Assembly: GCA_951406725.2 (NCBI GenBank)
Contig: OX597837.1
Location: 15,624,001-15,688,000 of the forward strand
Reading direction: 5' to 3'
Length of the DNA: 64,000 nt
From: Octopus vulgaris
Taxonomy: Eukaryota
Positions 15,794-29,100 of the stretch are shown piece by piece. The translations under genes and the position numbers were made by a program. Below the pieces are notes generated by a model that was not told the origin of the DNA, made no database searches, and saw only the letters and a program-made list of their open reading frames with translations. Positions within the stretch are counted from its first letter, which is position 1, and each line of letters opens with the position of its first letter.

Positions 15794-18700
15794 CTGTTCA
15801 GGAAAGCAAAACAACAAAATAAATAGAATAAATAAAGCATTAATCAAAGATGATCTCATATTATCTTCATTTAAATAATGGTTTTTAACTCTTTAGCATT
15901 CATGTTATCCTCTCAAATGTAAATCCTTATTTATTCCCATCGTTTTGGATTAATCATGGATTATCTCATAGCCTTGAGATTTCAATGATGTGATTGTTTA
16001 TTTTTAGAACGACATTGTAGGGTAGGTGTGAGAGGCTGGACCTGGCTGGTTTGAACATAAAACAAGTAGAATAATACAGGTAGATAAGGGGCCCAGTTTA
16101 AATGCTAAAGGGTCAAATATCAAATATAACAATTGTTTGAAATTTTAAAATAGAGACCCCCCCCTCACTGGCTTTTGTTGTTGAACCCTTTTGTTAGTGA
16201 ATTTCTGTTAGGATTTGCTGCTTTTAGTTTCAATGGATTATGGAAAATAATAAATAAATAAAAAGGGTTTTTGAACTTGGATCCCTTCAAAGCATGAATC
16301 ACGTTTGATAGAATGGTGGTCGCTCTCTGTTGATTTGATATTAAAAAAGTTAAACTACAACTGAGACAGTCCAACCACGGCTGTTCCATCATTATTTCAG
16401 GTAAGTGTATCTAGGACTACCTTACTCAATGTGTCCTCACCATTTATGAGACAGTAAATTAGTTACTCACTCACCTTTACTTTGTCTAAGTATGTCACTG
16501 ATTGGTGCCAAATACTCGAGAAACGGACAACATCTGGAGAACCTTTGTAGAAATCTACCAAAGATTTCTGAGAAAATGAAAAGGAAAAAATAAAAATTAT
16601 TTGGTGAAAATGAAGTTTAGCTAATTAAAAAATAATACAAATTGGGAAAAGTGGCAAGCTGGCAGACTCATTAACATCTCCCATTAGCAGACTCAGTAAC
16701 AGACTCATTAGCAGGCTCATTAACAGACTCATTACCAGGCTCATTAACAGACTCATTAACAGACTCATTAACAGACTCATTAACAGACTCATTAACAGAC
16801 TCATTAACAGACTCATTAGCAGACTCATTAACAGACTCATTAGGCTGCCAGAGAAACTGTTTAGAGACATTTTGTCAGTTTTTAGGTTCTGAGTTCAAAT
16901 TCCACTGAGGTCAACTTTACTTTTCATCGTTTTGGGGGTCAATAAAATAAGAACCAGTGATGTACTGGGGGTCAATGCAATCAGCTTCATACCCCTCCCC
17001 CCTAAAATTGCTGGCCTTGTGCTTAAAATTTGAAACCATTAACACAAAATGGAATGTGTGGAATTGATTCAACAAATATTTCTATCAAAGAATTCCATGA
17101 TTGCTTTCCATTTCTGCTGGTTTCAGCCAGAGACTGTGGCCATGATACAGCAATGTTTTTATTATTTTTTTTTTAGAATTACAATAAACGAAAAGAGAGG
17201 AAGAGAAACCATGGAGACAGGCCTGTCCTTGTGAGTTAACCCAGGGTTTTGGGTTCAATCCTGCTGAGTGTAGTGGATCTTGCAGCAGAGATTGATGTCA
17301 TCAAGGTTTTGTGAGTGAAATTTGGTTGATAGAAACTGTGCAGAAGCCTGTTATATATGTGTGTGTATGAGATCATCATCATCGTTGTTGTTGTCGTTTT
17401 AATGTCTACTTGTCCATGCTTGTATGAGCCAGACAGAATTCAGAGGCAGATTTTCTACAGCCGGATGCTCTTCCTGTTGCCAACCTTCACCTGTTTCCAA
17501 GCTCTCTTTTGCAGGACACGTTTCCAGAGAAGTCTGGAAACAAATGACATCCTCTCATATGATGGTAACACTCACTCACAACTATCATGAGATGTCAAGA
17601 TAAAGAGACACACACACACACAATGTATTTCTTCAAGATTGCTCTACCGATTCCACTCACAAGGCTTTGGTCAGCCTGGTGCCATATTAAAAGCCCAAGG
17701 TGCCACACAATCAACCAAGAATCCTAAATGGTTCTTGCTCAACCAATGGCAACAGGGCTGCACTCCAAACACTTTAAAAACTCCAGAATGGAATGGAATC
17801 AAAGCACGAGATTTTGCTTACCATTTCTGATAGCAGTTCTTCAGTTAATGATGGATTCTGGTAGATAGAAAACTGAATTTCCATAGGAATTCCATAATCC
17901 AAAGGTTGCTGTTAAAAAAAGAGGATAAACAATTTAGTGAATTCAACAAGTTACTGAGTTAAAAATGAAATTCAAAGCAGCATCGGTTAAGATGCGTTTT
18001 GTGAATGAGCTAATGAAGGGGGTCTTCTAAGGGGGTGCTCTACATGCTAGAAATAGCTGCTAAATCTTTAAACTCCACTCCCCCCAAAAATCCAAAACAA
18101 ATCAGCCTAAGTCAGAAAAATCCAGGATCCCCATTCTTCAAATGTGTCCTTTCCTTTTATAAGATGGTGAAGAATACTTTGAAGGAGAAATGAGACAATA
18201 CATATGTGGCACCAGCACCAGTGAGGTTACCAGATGACTTGCAAGAGGAAGACACCTCAACTGAAGAGGGGGTGGGGTGATATTGAGGGAGGTGGCTTTG
18301 TGCCTCTTGATGAGAGATTAAAAGTATAGTAGAGAGAGATTGAAACAGGAGACCCCTAGATGGAAGAGAGAGAGAGAGAGAAAACCTAGAGGTAACGAGT
18401 TTACATTGGATCAACATCCCGCCCTAGAAAAAAAAAACAGAGCTACAGAAGCATTGATGATAATTCAAAACCAAGAAAAGGAGACTTGGAGAAGAAGCAG
18501 AAAAGACCGGCCATTGTTGAGAAGAAGAGAGGGAAAAGTTGTTGGTGGCTTCTGCTGCCTGGAGAAGCAAAGGACTTGATTAACGAGTGTTGTTAATTGA
18601 CTGTGATTGGAAATTGTGGATTTATGGAATTGATAAAGCAAACTGGTTTAATCATTGAATCAGTGCTATTCACAACAGATACTGACCAGGGGTCATCACT

Positions 18701-21700
18701 TACCTCTACAAGGGGTGGCATTACCCAGAAAGCTCGGAAAGTCGATTCTTTCTTCTTCGAACTCTTATTATAGGGAGCTGAGGAAAGAGAAAACAAAAGC
18801 AAAAAAGTTATTCAACAGGAGTTTCATATTTAAAAGAAAATAATAAAAAAAGGAGCCATTGTTGTTGTTATTTATCCCAAGGTTAACATTCTGAGAAAAC
18901 TAACCCCATGATCAAAAGTGTTCCACAAGTGGCCATCCCATCTTTTTTGTATGTCAGAGAATATATTGTCCAATATAATAACCTTTCTTTTATATACGTA
19001 AGGCAGTGAGGTGTGATGCAAGGGAGATTTGGTTGCTATTTTTAGCAATTCAAGCAACTGCGTAGAGGTTCCCGCACTGGTTTGTAAAAAAAGTGGAATT
19101 CTCATCCAGGGGCCATGTTGCGGTGTGGTGGGTTGTGTGTCTCAATGACCCTGAGAGCAATACCAATGGAGTACATGTTCCTGGTGGGCACCTTCCATGT
19201 GGGACAGATCAGAGGAGAGACTAACATGGAGCATGTACTGGACCAATGCTCTGATTTAAAAGAAAAGCTTCAATGGCAATTCAATATTAGCAAGAGGTGG
19301 GCAAGGAAGGCATTCCTTCAGGGAAACATGTGACACAACACAGCAAAATCTAAAAGGAAACAACAGGGATCGGAATGGAGAGAAGCAGGAATGATATGAC
19401 AGAGTGGAAAAGAGTGGAGGGAAGCTGTTGAGTGAAGGACTTCAGTGATTGATGAACACAGTAGTATGGGCACTCAGAAGCCCCTACACTGCAACAAGGA
19501 CCCAACCTTGTGGTGGACACAACAACTTGGGAACTGTAAAATTCCTTTTGAATTTACAACATTTCCCTGACAGCTATTTTGAGAAGGACCACAACAAGAA
19601 CAAAAGCATTAACCTTTCGCATACTGTAGGTGCATCGTGTTGCTGTATGAGTTTTCTCCCTGCTCAATGTGACACAATGCACTTGTAGCAATAGGGGAGA
19701 AAAGGTGCATGATGCACCTAAGTGTGCTAAAGGTCAAAGGTATTCCAAGAACTCACCAATGATGAAACCTAAACAAGGATGGTATACGGATCCCACACCC
19801 TTCATCTTCAGTTGATATGTCATTTGGCAGTCAATGTCCCGTAGAGTTGGACTGGCAGAACGATGGGGATGACTGTGGTACCAACCAACCAGGGACAAAC
19901 CAGATTTGTTCATTCGATGTCGAATCTACAAAAGGCACAAACATATATTAATTTACATACAATGCTTGCTTGCTTAAGATGAAGGAAAACATAGAGAGAT
20001 ATTTTATAAAAGTTAAGAGGTTTCACAAGGGCAAATTTATGTTATGATCCAGTCCAGCAGCTATCAGAGTGAGTCTAACAACTAACACCATTTGCATTTT
20101 GTAAGGAAAACATGTGAACTTCCAAAACTGATATGAAAGATTAATTTGTTTTATTTCAATTTATTTTCTGCTCTTACAGCATGACTAAATTGATTTAAAA
20201 GAAAGTGAAACCTGTAGCAGATTTTCATAAAAATGTAAATATTTCTTTTCTTTTATTCATGATAAATTCCTCGAAGCATTTTCATAATTTTGTTTTTTAG
20301 TACATATATAAGACATAGACACACATCGTATACATTAACGTACATACACACTTACAAACATAGACACAATATATATATACACAGATATATATATATATAA
20401 GCTTACAGATATATAGTTTTAAACATTAATCACAACCACACCAAGGCTAAATTTGAGAAGCTGGGTTTTACAAAAGCAGAAATGGCATGACTCATTAAGA
20501 AATTATAATTACAAGCCATTAATTTAGAAATGAGTTGTGATGTCACTGGTGCCAAGAAGTATCAACCCCTTTGCCTTTCCCTTGGCATGGAGAGGAGAGG
20601 CTGGTATGCATGGGTGAATACTGGCCTTCCTTAAAACAACCTTGCCTGGACTTGTGCCTCGGATGGTAACTTTCTAGGTGCAATCTCACGGTCATTCATG
20701 ACCAAAAGGAGGCCTTTACTCATTTACCCTTTTTATGTGTGTGTCTTTGCTTGTCCCCACCACTTGACAACTATGTTGGTTTGTTTACATCCATGTACCT
20801 TAGCAGTTTGGCTGAATGTGACCGATAGAATAAGTACCAGGTTTACTAAAAATAAATAGTGGGGTTGATTTGTTTGACTTAAAAACCCTCCAAGGTGGTG
20901 CCCCAGCATGGCCACAGTCCAATACCTGAAACAAGTAAAAGAATAAAAGATAAAAGATGAGAAAACTCACCTCAGCCTCAATTAAAGGAGCATTTTCTTT
21001 GTCCCCTAATCTACTCAGACATGGGAATGCTTGTAGAATATTCAGATCTGCATTGAAAAATACAAAATGTTTTTACATTCATTTATCAAAGAGTAGAATG
21101 AAGCAGAAGGCTTCGTTGCTTTTCCCAGCATCAAGTGCTAGATGAAGAATTCTTAAATCTCAGCTGTGCTGGTGCCACGTAAAAAGCATCCAGTCCACAC
21201 TGTAAAGTGGTTGGCATTTGGAATGGCATCCAGCTGTAAAAACCTTGCCAAAACTGATCTCAGCTGTGCTTGTACCACATAAAAAACCCTGAGTCCACTT
21301 TGTGGAGTGGTTGGTATTAGGAAGCGCATCCAGCCGTAAAAACCATTGCTAAAACAGTCACAGAAGTCTGGTGCAGGCTTCTGCCTGGCTGGCTCCAGTC
21401 AAACCGTCCCACCCATGCCAGCATGGAAGATGGACGTTAAACAATGGTGATGATGATGAATAACATATGTATTTCATTCCATTTCCTGCAAATAAACAGG
21501 TTCCTTTCATTTCTTCTGACCAACCTCATTATTATTATTATTATTATTATTCTTACCAATATGGAGGGCAGTGAACTGGCTGAGACATTTCTGCATCAGA
21601 CAAAAATACTTTGTAGCATGTTTTCTGGTTTTACATTTGAAGTTCAAATGCAAATGAGGTGCACTTTGTCAATCTTTCAGGGTTGATAAAATATGTACCA

Positions 21701-23071
21701 GTCAGGCATTGGGGGTTGATGATATCAACTTACCCCTTCCCCTAAAATTGCTGGCCTTGTGTCAAAATTTGAAACCAATATTATTACCAATACATTATTC
21801 TTACTCTCCCAAAATATTTTATTTCCATACATTCGACCCCCAAGAGGATGGGGAAGCCGCCTTTTTTCCATCAAGGGCTTATGTGCCCCTTTATTAGACT
21901 ATTTTCCTTAGTCATTGCACGGGGATTGCCATGCGCTTACCATTATTATTATTTACAAGATTGTAAAAACAGTGCCGTATAAAAAATCCATTCGCACCGA
22001 TATATATGTATATATATCCTCAACCAATCCTTCCCCACCACTACCCTCCTCTTGACCCGACCCCCCACCCCGACCCCTACTAGACCAACTGGTTGAAGAG
22101 TATGTACTTACGTTGTGTGTTCTGGTCCCATTTACCGGCCAAATATCCCAATACTTCACTACTTGTCAAGTGGCAGTGGAAATCCTACAACAGCAGAGAG
22201 GAGAATCACTTAATTAGTTTGCAATTAATTAATGAAGTGGAGAAGAAACATCTCATTAATCTGTGATTGATTATCAGGCAGAATGAAGGATCACCTCGTT
22301 AATTTTTGATTGTATATTGAAACAGAGAGATTACATACCGGAAGAGTGGATCAGCTCATTAGCCACTGATTGCTCATCAAACAGAGAGGAGAAATCACTT
22401 TGTTAATTTGTGATTGATTATCAAATCTTATTAATTTGTGATGGAATGAAACTGTTTGCAATTTCTTCTTCTGAATCTTCGACCCCGAATATGAAGGTTA
22501 CCTTTTTTTGTGTTTGTGTCGTAATTTGAAGAAGGAAAGAGAAAAGGAACAGCTTCAATGATGTCTTCAAATCCTGCAGACTTGGTGTTCAAATGGATAA
22601 CCCTTTAGCATTCAGATTATCCTGCCAAATCTAATCCATTTATTTATTCACATTATTTGGAATTAATTAGGCATTTTCTCACAGCTTGTATGACGTGATT
22701 GTTTATATATTAGAGTGACATTGTAGGGTAGATGTAAGAGGCCAGATATGGTCAGTTTGAATATAAAACAGATGGACCATTTGGGCTGGACATTACCAGT
22801 TTATATGCTGAAAGGTCAAATCAGACACAGGGTCTTCAGAAGACCCCACTAGAGTGGTATAAGTCAAACACAATGCTCAGATGTTTTGACAGAGATGTAC
22901 GTGTACCATGTGCTGAGATTTTCATACAGAGAGGTACATAAACGATATGACAAGATGTCCGAATGTAGAGGCATACGTACGAGAGTAAGATGAGATGGTC
23001 AAAGTTGGAATGTCTTTGAACAGAGGTCTGCTTGATCAGAGAGCATCTAAGATTAAACTATAGTTATTCAC

Positions 23072-23104
<33 letters not shown>

Positions 23105-26100
23105 GCACAAAAATGCAGGCATCACTGTGTAATTGAGAAGTTTGTTCAACAACTATAGGCTTAGCCTCACTGCATAGCACCTTTGGCAACTGTCTTCTAA
23201 TGTAGCCCCAAGCTGGTAGATGGAAACTGTGTGGAAGCCCATCATATGTGTGTGTGTGTATATAAAATTAATTACATACATACATACACGCACACAGACA
23301 CACACACGTATATATTTGTGTATGTGCATGTGTTTGTGTTTGTCCCCTTACACAGCTTGACATCTAATATTGGTTTGTTTACAATCCTGTAACTTAGCGG
23401 TTTCGCAAAAGAGACCAATAGAATAAGTAGTACACTTAAGCAGAAATAAAAAAGATTAAATGTATTTTGTGGTGAGTTTCACAAAACCTTTGAAGAAAAT
23501 CTGTCTGAATGAATCTTGTGGGAGCCGTGCAGCCATGCAGAGCAAAAGAGGTCAAAGGAAAAAGAAAGATGGTCACGACAGAGTGTCTTTGACCGGGAAT
23601 GGAACAAGAGAAGAACCAGGAAGCGTCCCAGAGTACTTACTATGAGAAACATGGAGTTTGTTGTGACAGACACACTAAACGGTTGGAACTTGCCATAAGC
23701 TTCAAATGTTTCACACTCAACTAATGTGTTTGGATCTCTGCAAGAAGAAGAAGAAGAAGACAAAATAAGCAAACGAAGAGATAAAATACTGTTTCTTGAA
23801 CTAAATCAACTAATCTGGAACTCGACTGAGGAAAGAAAACTCCGAATGACTTGTCCTTGTTTTCTTTGTATCGTCTATCTGGATGTTTTGTTGTCCCTTT
23901 TTGTATCACCTAACTGTCTGGATGTTTTACATTCTTGTCCCATTCTTGTATTTTATATATATATATATATATATATACATATATATACATATATGTTTAG
24001 TATACTGTTCCATTAAGGTAAGATGACCAAAAAATTTACTTCAGTCAGTGAGGGATATGTTTAATAAACACAGTATATAGCTTTTATGAGCTACCAATAG
24101 TTTCACGCAATGAAAATGACTCAGCTTATGTGTGTGTGTGTATATGTATGTGTGTGTGTATGTATGTGTGTGTGTATGTATGTATGTATATAAATATATG
24201 TGTATATGTTTATATATGTGTGTGAGTGTATATATGCTTATATATTTATATATGTGTGTGTTTATATATATGAATATATTTATATGTGTGTGTGTGTATT
24301 CTAACTTGTGTGTGTAGAAATAGATGTACAACTGCTCCTGTTAAGATCTCTGTGTAGATAATCATCAGCCAGGCTTCTTCCAGTTTGGTTGTTAAGCAAC
24401 CATCAGACTCAGTGGTTTTATCACTGGTTATGAAACACAGAGCAAACAGAGGAGAACTTGGGACAAACTCATATTGTTAGTTCACCATTGCAGTTGTTTG
24501 CAATCCCTGCATCGAATGTTCCAAGTGCAATTCGATGCTTAACCCCAAAAGATCATCAAGGAATGCTTTAGTGCCCTACGCTACAGAGAATGAATTGTGT
24601 AGATTTAGGGAGATGGCTGGCATTTTAGACAAGGGCTTTGAGAGGGAAATGCATACATACATCATCATCATCATCATCTTGAAAATTGGTTCAATAGAAA
24701 AAAGGTTTATGTCAAATATGTGTGATGACAAACGGGAAAATAAAGGGATTCTGAGCCCAAATATTTTCCTTTTAAATAAATCTAGATTTTATTTTAGCTT
24801 TTATGGAATCTATCTATGTTAGGAATCTATCCATGTTAGGAATCTATCCATGTTAGTTACATGCAAAAATATTCAGTAGAAATAAATGTACTGAGGTAAA
24901 AAGCACAGTCTCTGGTTTACAAGTTCCAATGAAACTGTCCAACCCATGCCAGCATGAAAAGCAGACACTAAAAGATGATGATGATGATGATGATAGTGTT
25001 CAGCTGTTCTGTGAAGTGTGTTGGAGAGAGTGAAGAGGTGGAATGGGTAGAAAAGCAAAAAAAAGATTCCCAGACACTTACTGTTCAGCATTTCTGTCAA
25101 GGAGATTGGAATGTTTGACCAAAGGGAACCTTGGATGGGAAGTGTTTATAATTTCGGGTTTCTCTAGTTTTTGTGTTTGGTGACTGTGTTTTGGCGACGG
25201 GGAGACTTTCTTCTGTGTTTGATGATGATGCTGCTGCTGTTGTTGTTGCTGTGGTGGTAGTGGTGGTGACAGTTGAACTTTCTGGTGCTGTGTTTTCTGT
25301 TTGTGTTGTTGTTGTTGTTGTAGTGCTGGTGGTGGTGGTAGTGTTGGTGGTGGAGACAGCTGAACTTTCTGGCGGTGCGGTTGTTGACTGTGTTGTTGAT
25401 GTTTTGGTTGTGGTTGTTGTTGAAGCGGTGGTGGGGGAGACAGTTGCACTTTCTGCTGCTGCTGGTGACATTGTTGGGGTGGTGAGAACTTCTGTATTTT
25501 GTGACTTTCTTCTTTAATTCCCTTTAACGAAAGGTTCAAGGCTAAAAACAACAACAATGATAAATAAATAAAAGGAAAAAATATGACACATATCAATTAG
25601 ACAGCATCGGGTAATTAAGTAATTAGTATTAGTTAATATTATCTAATTATCCTGTACCCTCACACCCCTGCAACGTACCCAATCAGATGTCAGTTCTCTC
25701 TCACATCCTTCTCCTGTCTACTCTAAAATTACTATTATTCTGCTGTTCTGTACTGCCAATCATCTTCTGCTACTCCACTCCACCATCCACAACTCATGCA
25801 TTATTGGTCAACCACCGGTCACTACATCTGCCCTTCACTCTTATTTAGTCTCTCTTGCAACCCTCAACCAATCCTGCTTCCCCTGTCCCTGCTCACTTCA
25901 ACCCACCTCAGACCTTGAGGATCCAGCCTAACACTTCATCACCTCTATTTATATCTCTTTTCACATCCACCCGACTGCTCTCACCCTTTTTTTTCTAAAA
26001 TGTGGGTCACCATTTAGCCCCTCTACCTGTTCTGCTCTGTCCCCTTCATCTCTTAGCATAAAGCTGTCCCTTCAGGGTTTGTAGCCTTGCAAGCAACATG

Positions 26101-29100
26101 GCATCCTCACTAGAGTTGACGGCACAAAAAAAAAATAAATAAAAGTGGTTGGCATTAAGAAGGGCATCCAGTTGTAGAAACCCTGTTAAAGGAGACACTG
26201 GAATCCTATGCAGTCCTTGGGTTCATCAGAGCCTTTCAAACTATCCAACCCATTCCATGGAATAGGCCGGATGGTTTGACAGGATCTGTTGCATGGAACA
26301 GGGACATTAAATGATGATGATGATCATCTAACTAGTGTTTATAGTTGACTGATTGGCACCGAGTCATCTGTCCCCATCAAAATCCACTGATTTCTCACAG
26401 ATATGCTGTCCCCTCATTCTTCCTCCTCTACCACTGTTTCTCTGGACCTGGTTGGCTTCATCCAACATCAACTCAGAACCCTGTCTTCTTCTCATCCACA
26501 TTTTAACTAACCCAGACACCTGGAACTTAATTGTATACTATTTATTTATTTATTTATTTATCTCTCTTTTCTCTATCTTTCTTTCTTTCTCCCTCTTTTT
26601 CTTTCTTTCCCATTATCTGCATCTTTGTACGTCTCTCTCTGTCTCTCTCTTCTTCCTTCTATATCTACATATCTCTCTCTCTCCTTTTCTCCCTCTCTCT
26701 CAATATTTGTTGATATTTTGACTCTTATCTACAAAAATTTTAAGGAGCATCATTAAAACATAACTCTGATGATGATGATGATGATGATGATGTTTCTATG
26801 AAGAACACTCTGGAATTCTTTCCTGGCCCATTTTTAACCCCAGCAGTTGAGGACATACAATTTCTCAAGAACAACATCAGCCATACCAATTCCACTGATG
26901 TCAAAAATCCTGCAAAACTCTCAGACACCCAACCTCTTGCCCCCACCCCCACCCCTTCTCCTAATTTATTAAGGTGGACACAAAAAAGACTGAGTCCATA
27001 AATTGTTTCTTTCTTCACCATGGGGGGGGGGGGTTGAACAAATTTGAAAAGTCTAAAACCATTTCAACGTTTATGGGTTTACATAGGAAATAGCTGTATT
27101 TTATAGAGAAACAAATATGTGACTCACCTTCCTCTTGAATATCACTGTGGCTCCAGTCGACATGTCTGCAAAGAGCAAAGATGGCAGCATTAAAGCAAAC
27201 ACGAAACAAGAGAAGACTTCACTCTTGTTATTTCTCTTGTTGTTTCATCATTACACACACACACACACACACACGCAGACACACGCACGCACACACACAC
27301 ACTGTCACTCATTTTGTCCCTTTTTGTGTCCCCTTTTCTTCCAATGCTTGCCTGAGTCAAACAAAAAAAATCATAGAGAAGCTGTTTCCCTGTGGCTAAT
27401 CGTCGCCTGTTTTTCAGTTAAGGGTTGGCAACAAGGAGGGCATCTGGCCCTAGAAAATCTACTTCAAAAAATCCCACCTGACCCTTGCAAGCAGGGAAAC
27501 GTGAATGTAGAATGATGATGAAGATATATATAAATGTATATATATATATATATAAATAATAAGAGACGATGGATAATTGTCAGCTCATTACAGCTGTAAC
27601 GAGCTGATAATTATCCCCTGTCTGCAATTATTCATTTGATTATAACACACCAAAGGGATTTACGACTTGTCAGACCCCCTAGACTATACCAACAACATAC
27701 AATTCAATGCAACGCATGATTTGAACCAGCCCCTAGGTGCTAATTACTCATAGGGTTGGTTTTCTCTGGGTACACAACTGGAATATCTTGATTCTTACCA
27801 ACTGTAGGCCGGAACCACAGGTATATCGAACCCTACCTGCTGCATATCTTTTCAAGTACCCGATTCTATCTGAATCTTTATTTTGCTATTTATAAATACA
27901 CACACACACACACACATATATATACACACATATATATGTGCGTGGAAGTCTGTGGCTTAGTGGTAAGGGTGTTGGACTCATTATCGTATGATTGCAGTTT
28001 CGATTCCTGCACTGGGTGGTGTGTTGTGTTCTTGAGCAAAGCACTTCATTTCACATTGCACCAGTCCACTCAGCTGGCAAAAAGGATTAACCCTGTGACA
28101 GACTGTCCTCCCATCTAAGTGGAAGACTTATATGCCTCGGAATCCAGGAAACCAGCCTATGGCCTAGGAAGGTCCTTTTAATCTCTGTCACAGTTCTTTA
28201 GTCGGCCCAGAGCTATAGTAGAAGACACTTGCCCACGATGCCCGAACCATTGAGTCGTAAATATTTTCTGAAAAACATTCAATTTTTCTTACTTTTTGGT
28301 TTTACCATTGGTTATAGGTTTATGCCCTATATGTGCGGGCAAAGGGGGTTTCAATGTAGTTCTTCGTTCCACTTCAAATTCAGGCACTTTATGGAACAAG
28401 TCTTTGGAATTCCGATTGGTTTTCATAATGTTAGAAGAATCATCCAGCAGAGGCACCTGTAAGAGAGAAGAGTATTTTCCTTTGATAATTTGCGGTTGGT
28501 ATTATTAGAGGGGAAACAAAATGAAGAAACTATAGAAGGAATGTTTAGTAGTCCCAAGACACTTAGAAATCGAACCTGGATCACTAGATCCACTACAAAA
28601 ACAACAACAAAAAAAGTGATTCACTCAATTATTGATAACATCAATAAAAAAAGGCCACTCGGACACACAGTAAAAGAGGATCTCATCAAATAATTTCATC
28701 TTTGGTGTGTTTTCTGTGTATTTAGTATCAGCCGAGTATTTAGTATATTTTAGCCATTGGACAATAGAGTTGGTAAATAGTAATGGTACTAACTTTAAAC
28801 TGGTCAGCTGCAAGTGATTTGACCATAAAATCAAGACCAATGGGCAGCAGAGTTGATGACAATGACGAAGGCAAGGCTAAACCAGGTGGCTGCTAAAATT
28901 ACACAACAACATCTTAAATCAACTTTGAACTTTCTCACTTGGTGCAAGCATCCTTTCTTTGTTGTTTGTAGTAACAACAATATACAATTTGTTAACGATA
29001 ATGACAAATATATTTGCATCTAAAATCTCAGAGGAATTTGTATTCTTTCCATCGACTTCAACTTAACCAAATCATAAGATGGTTGATTACCAAAATTCAG

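Noticed and set aside
16625-16870. ORF with (MSLL)n
   Set aside because: Translation of the 12-bp minisatellite.
27940-28010. tRNA-like sequence with A/B boxes
   Set aside because: It continues into a SINE body shared with other copies and does not form a full cloverleaf.
28939-28956. Possible 18-nt microexon KGCLHQ with a gtgag donor
   Set aside because: The acceptor lacks a polypyrimidine tract and the gene model is complete without it.
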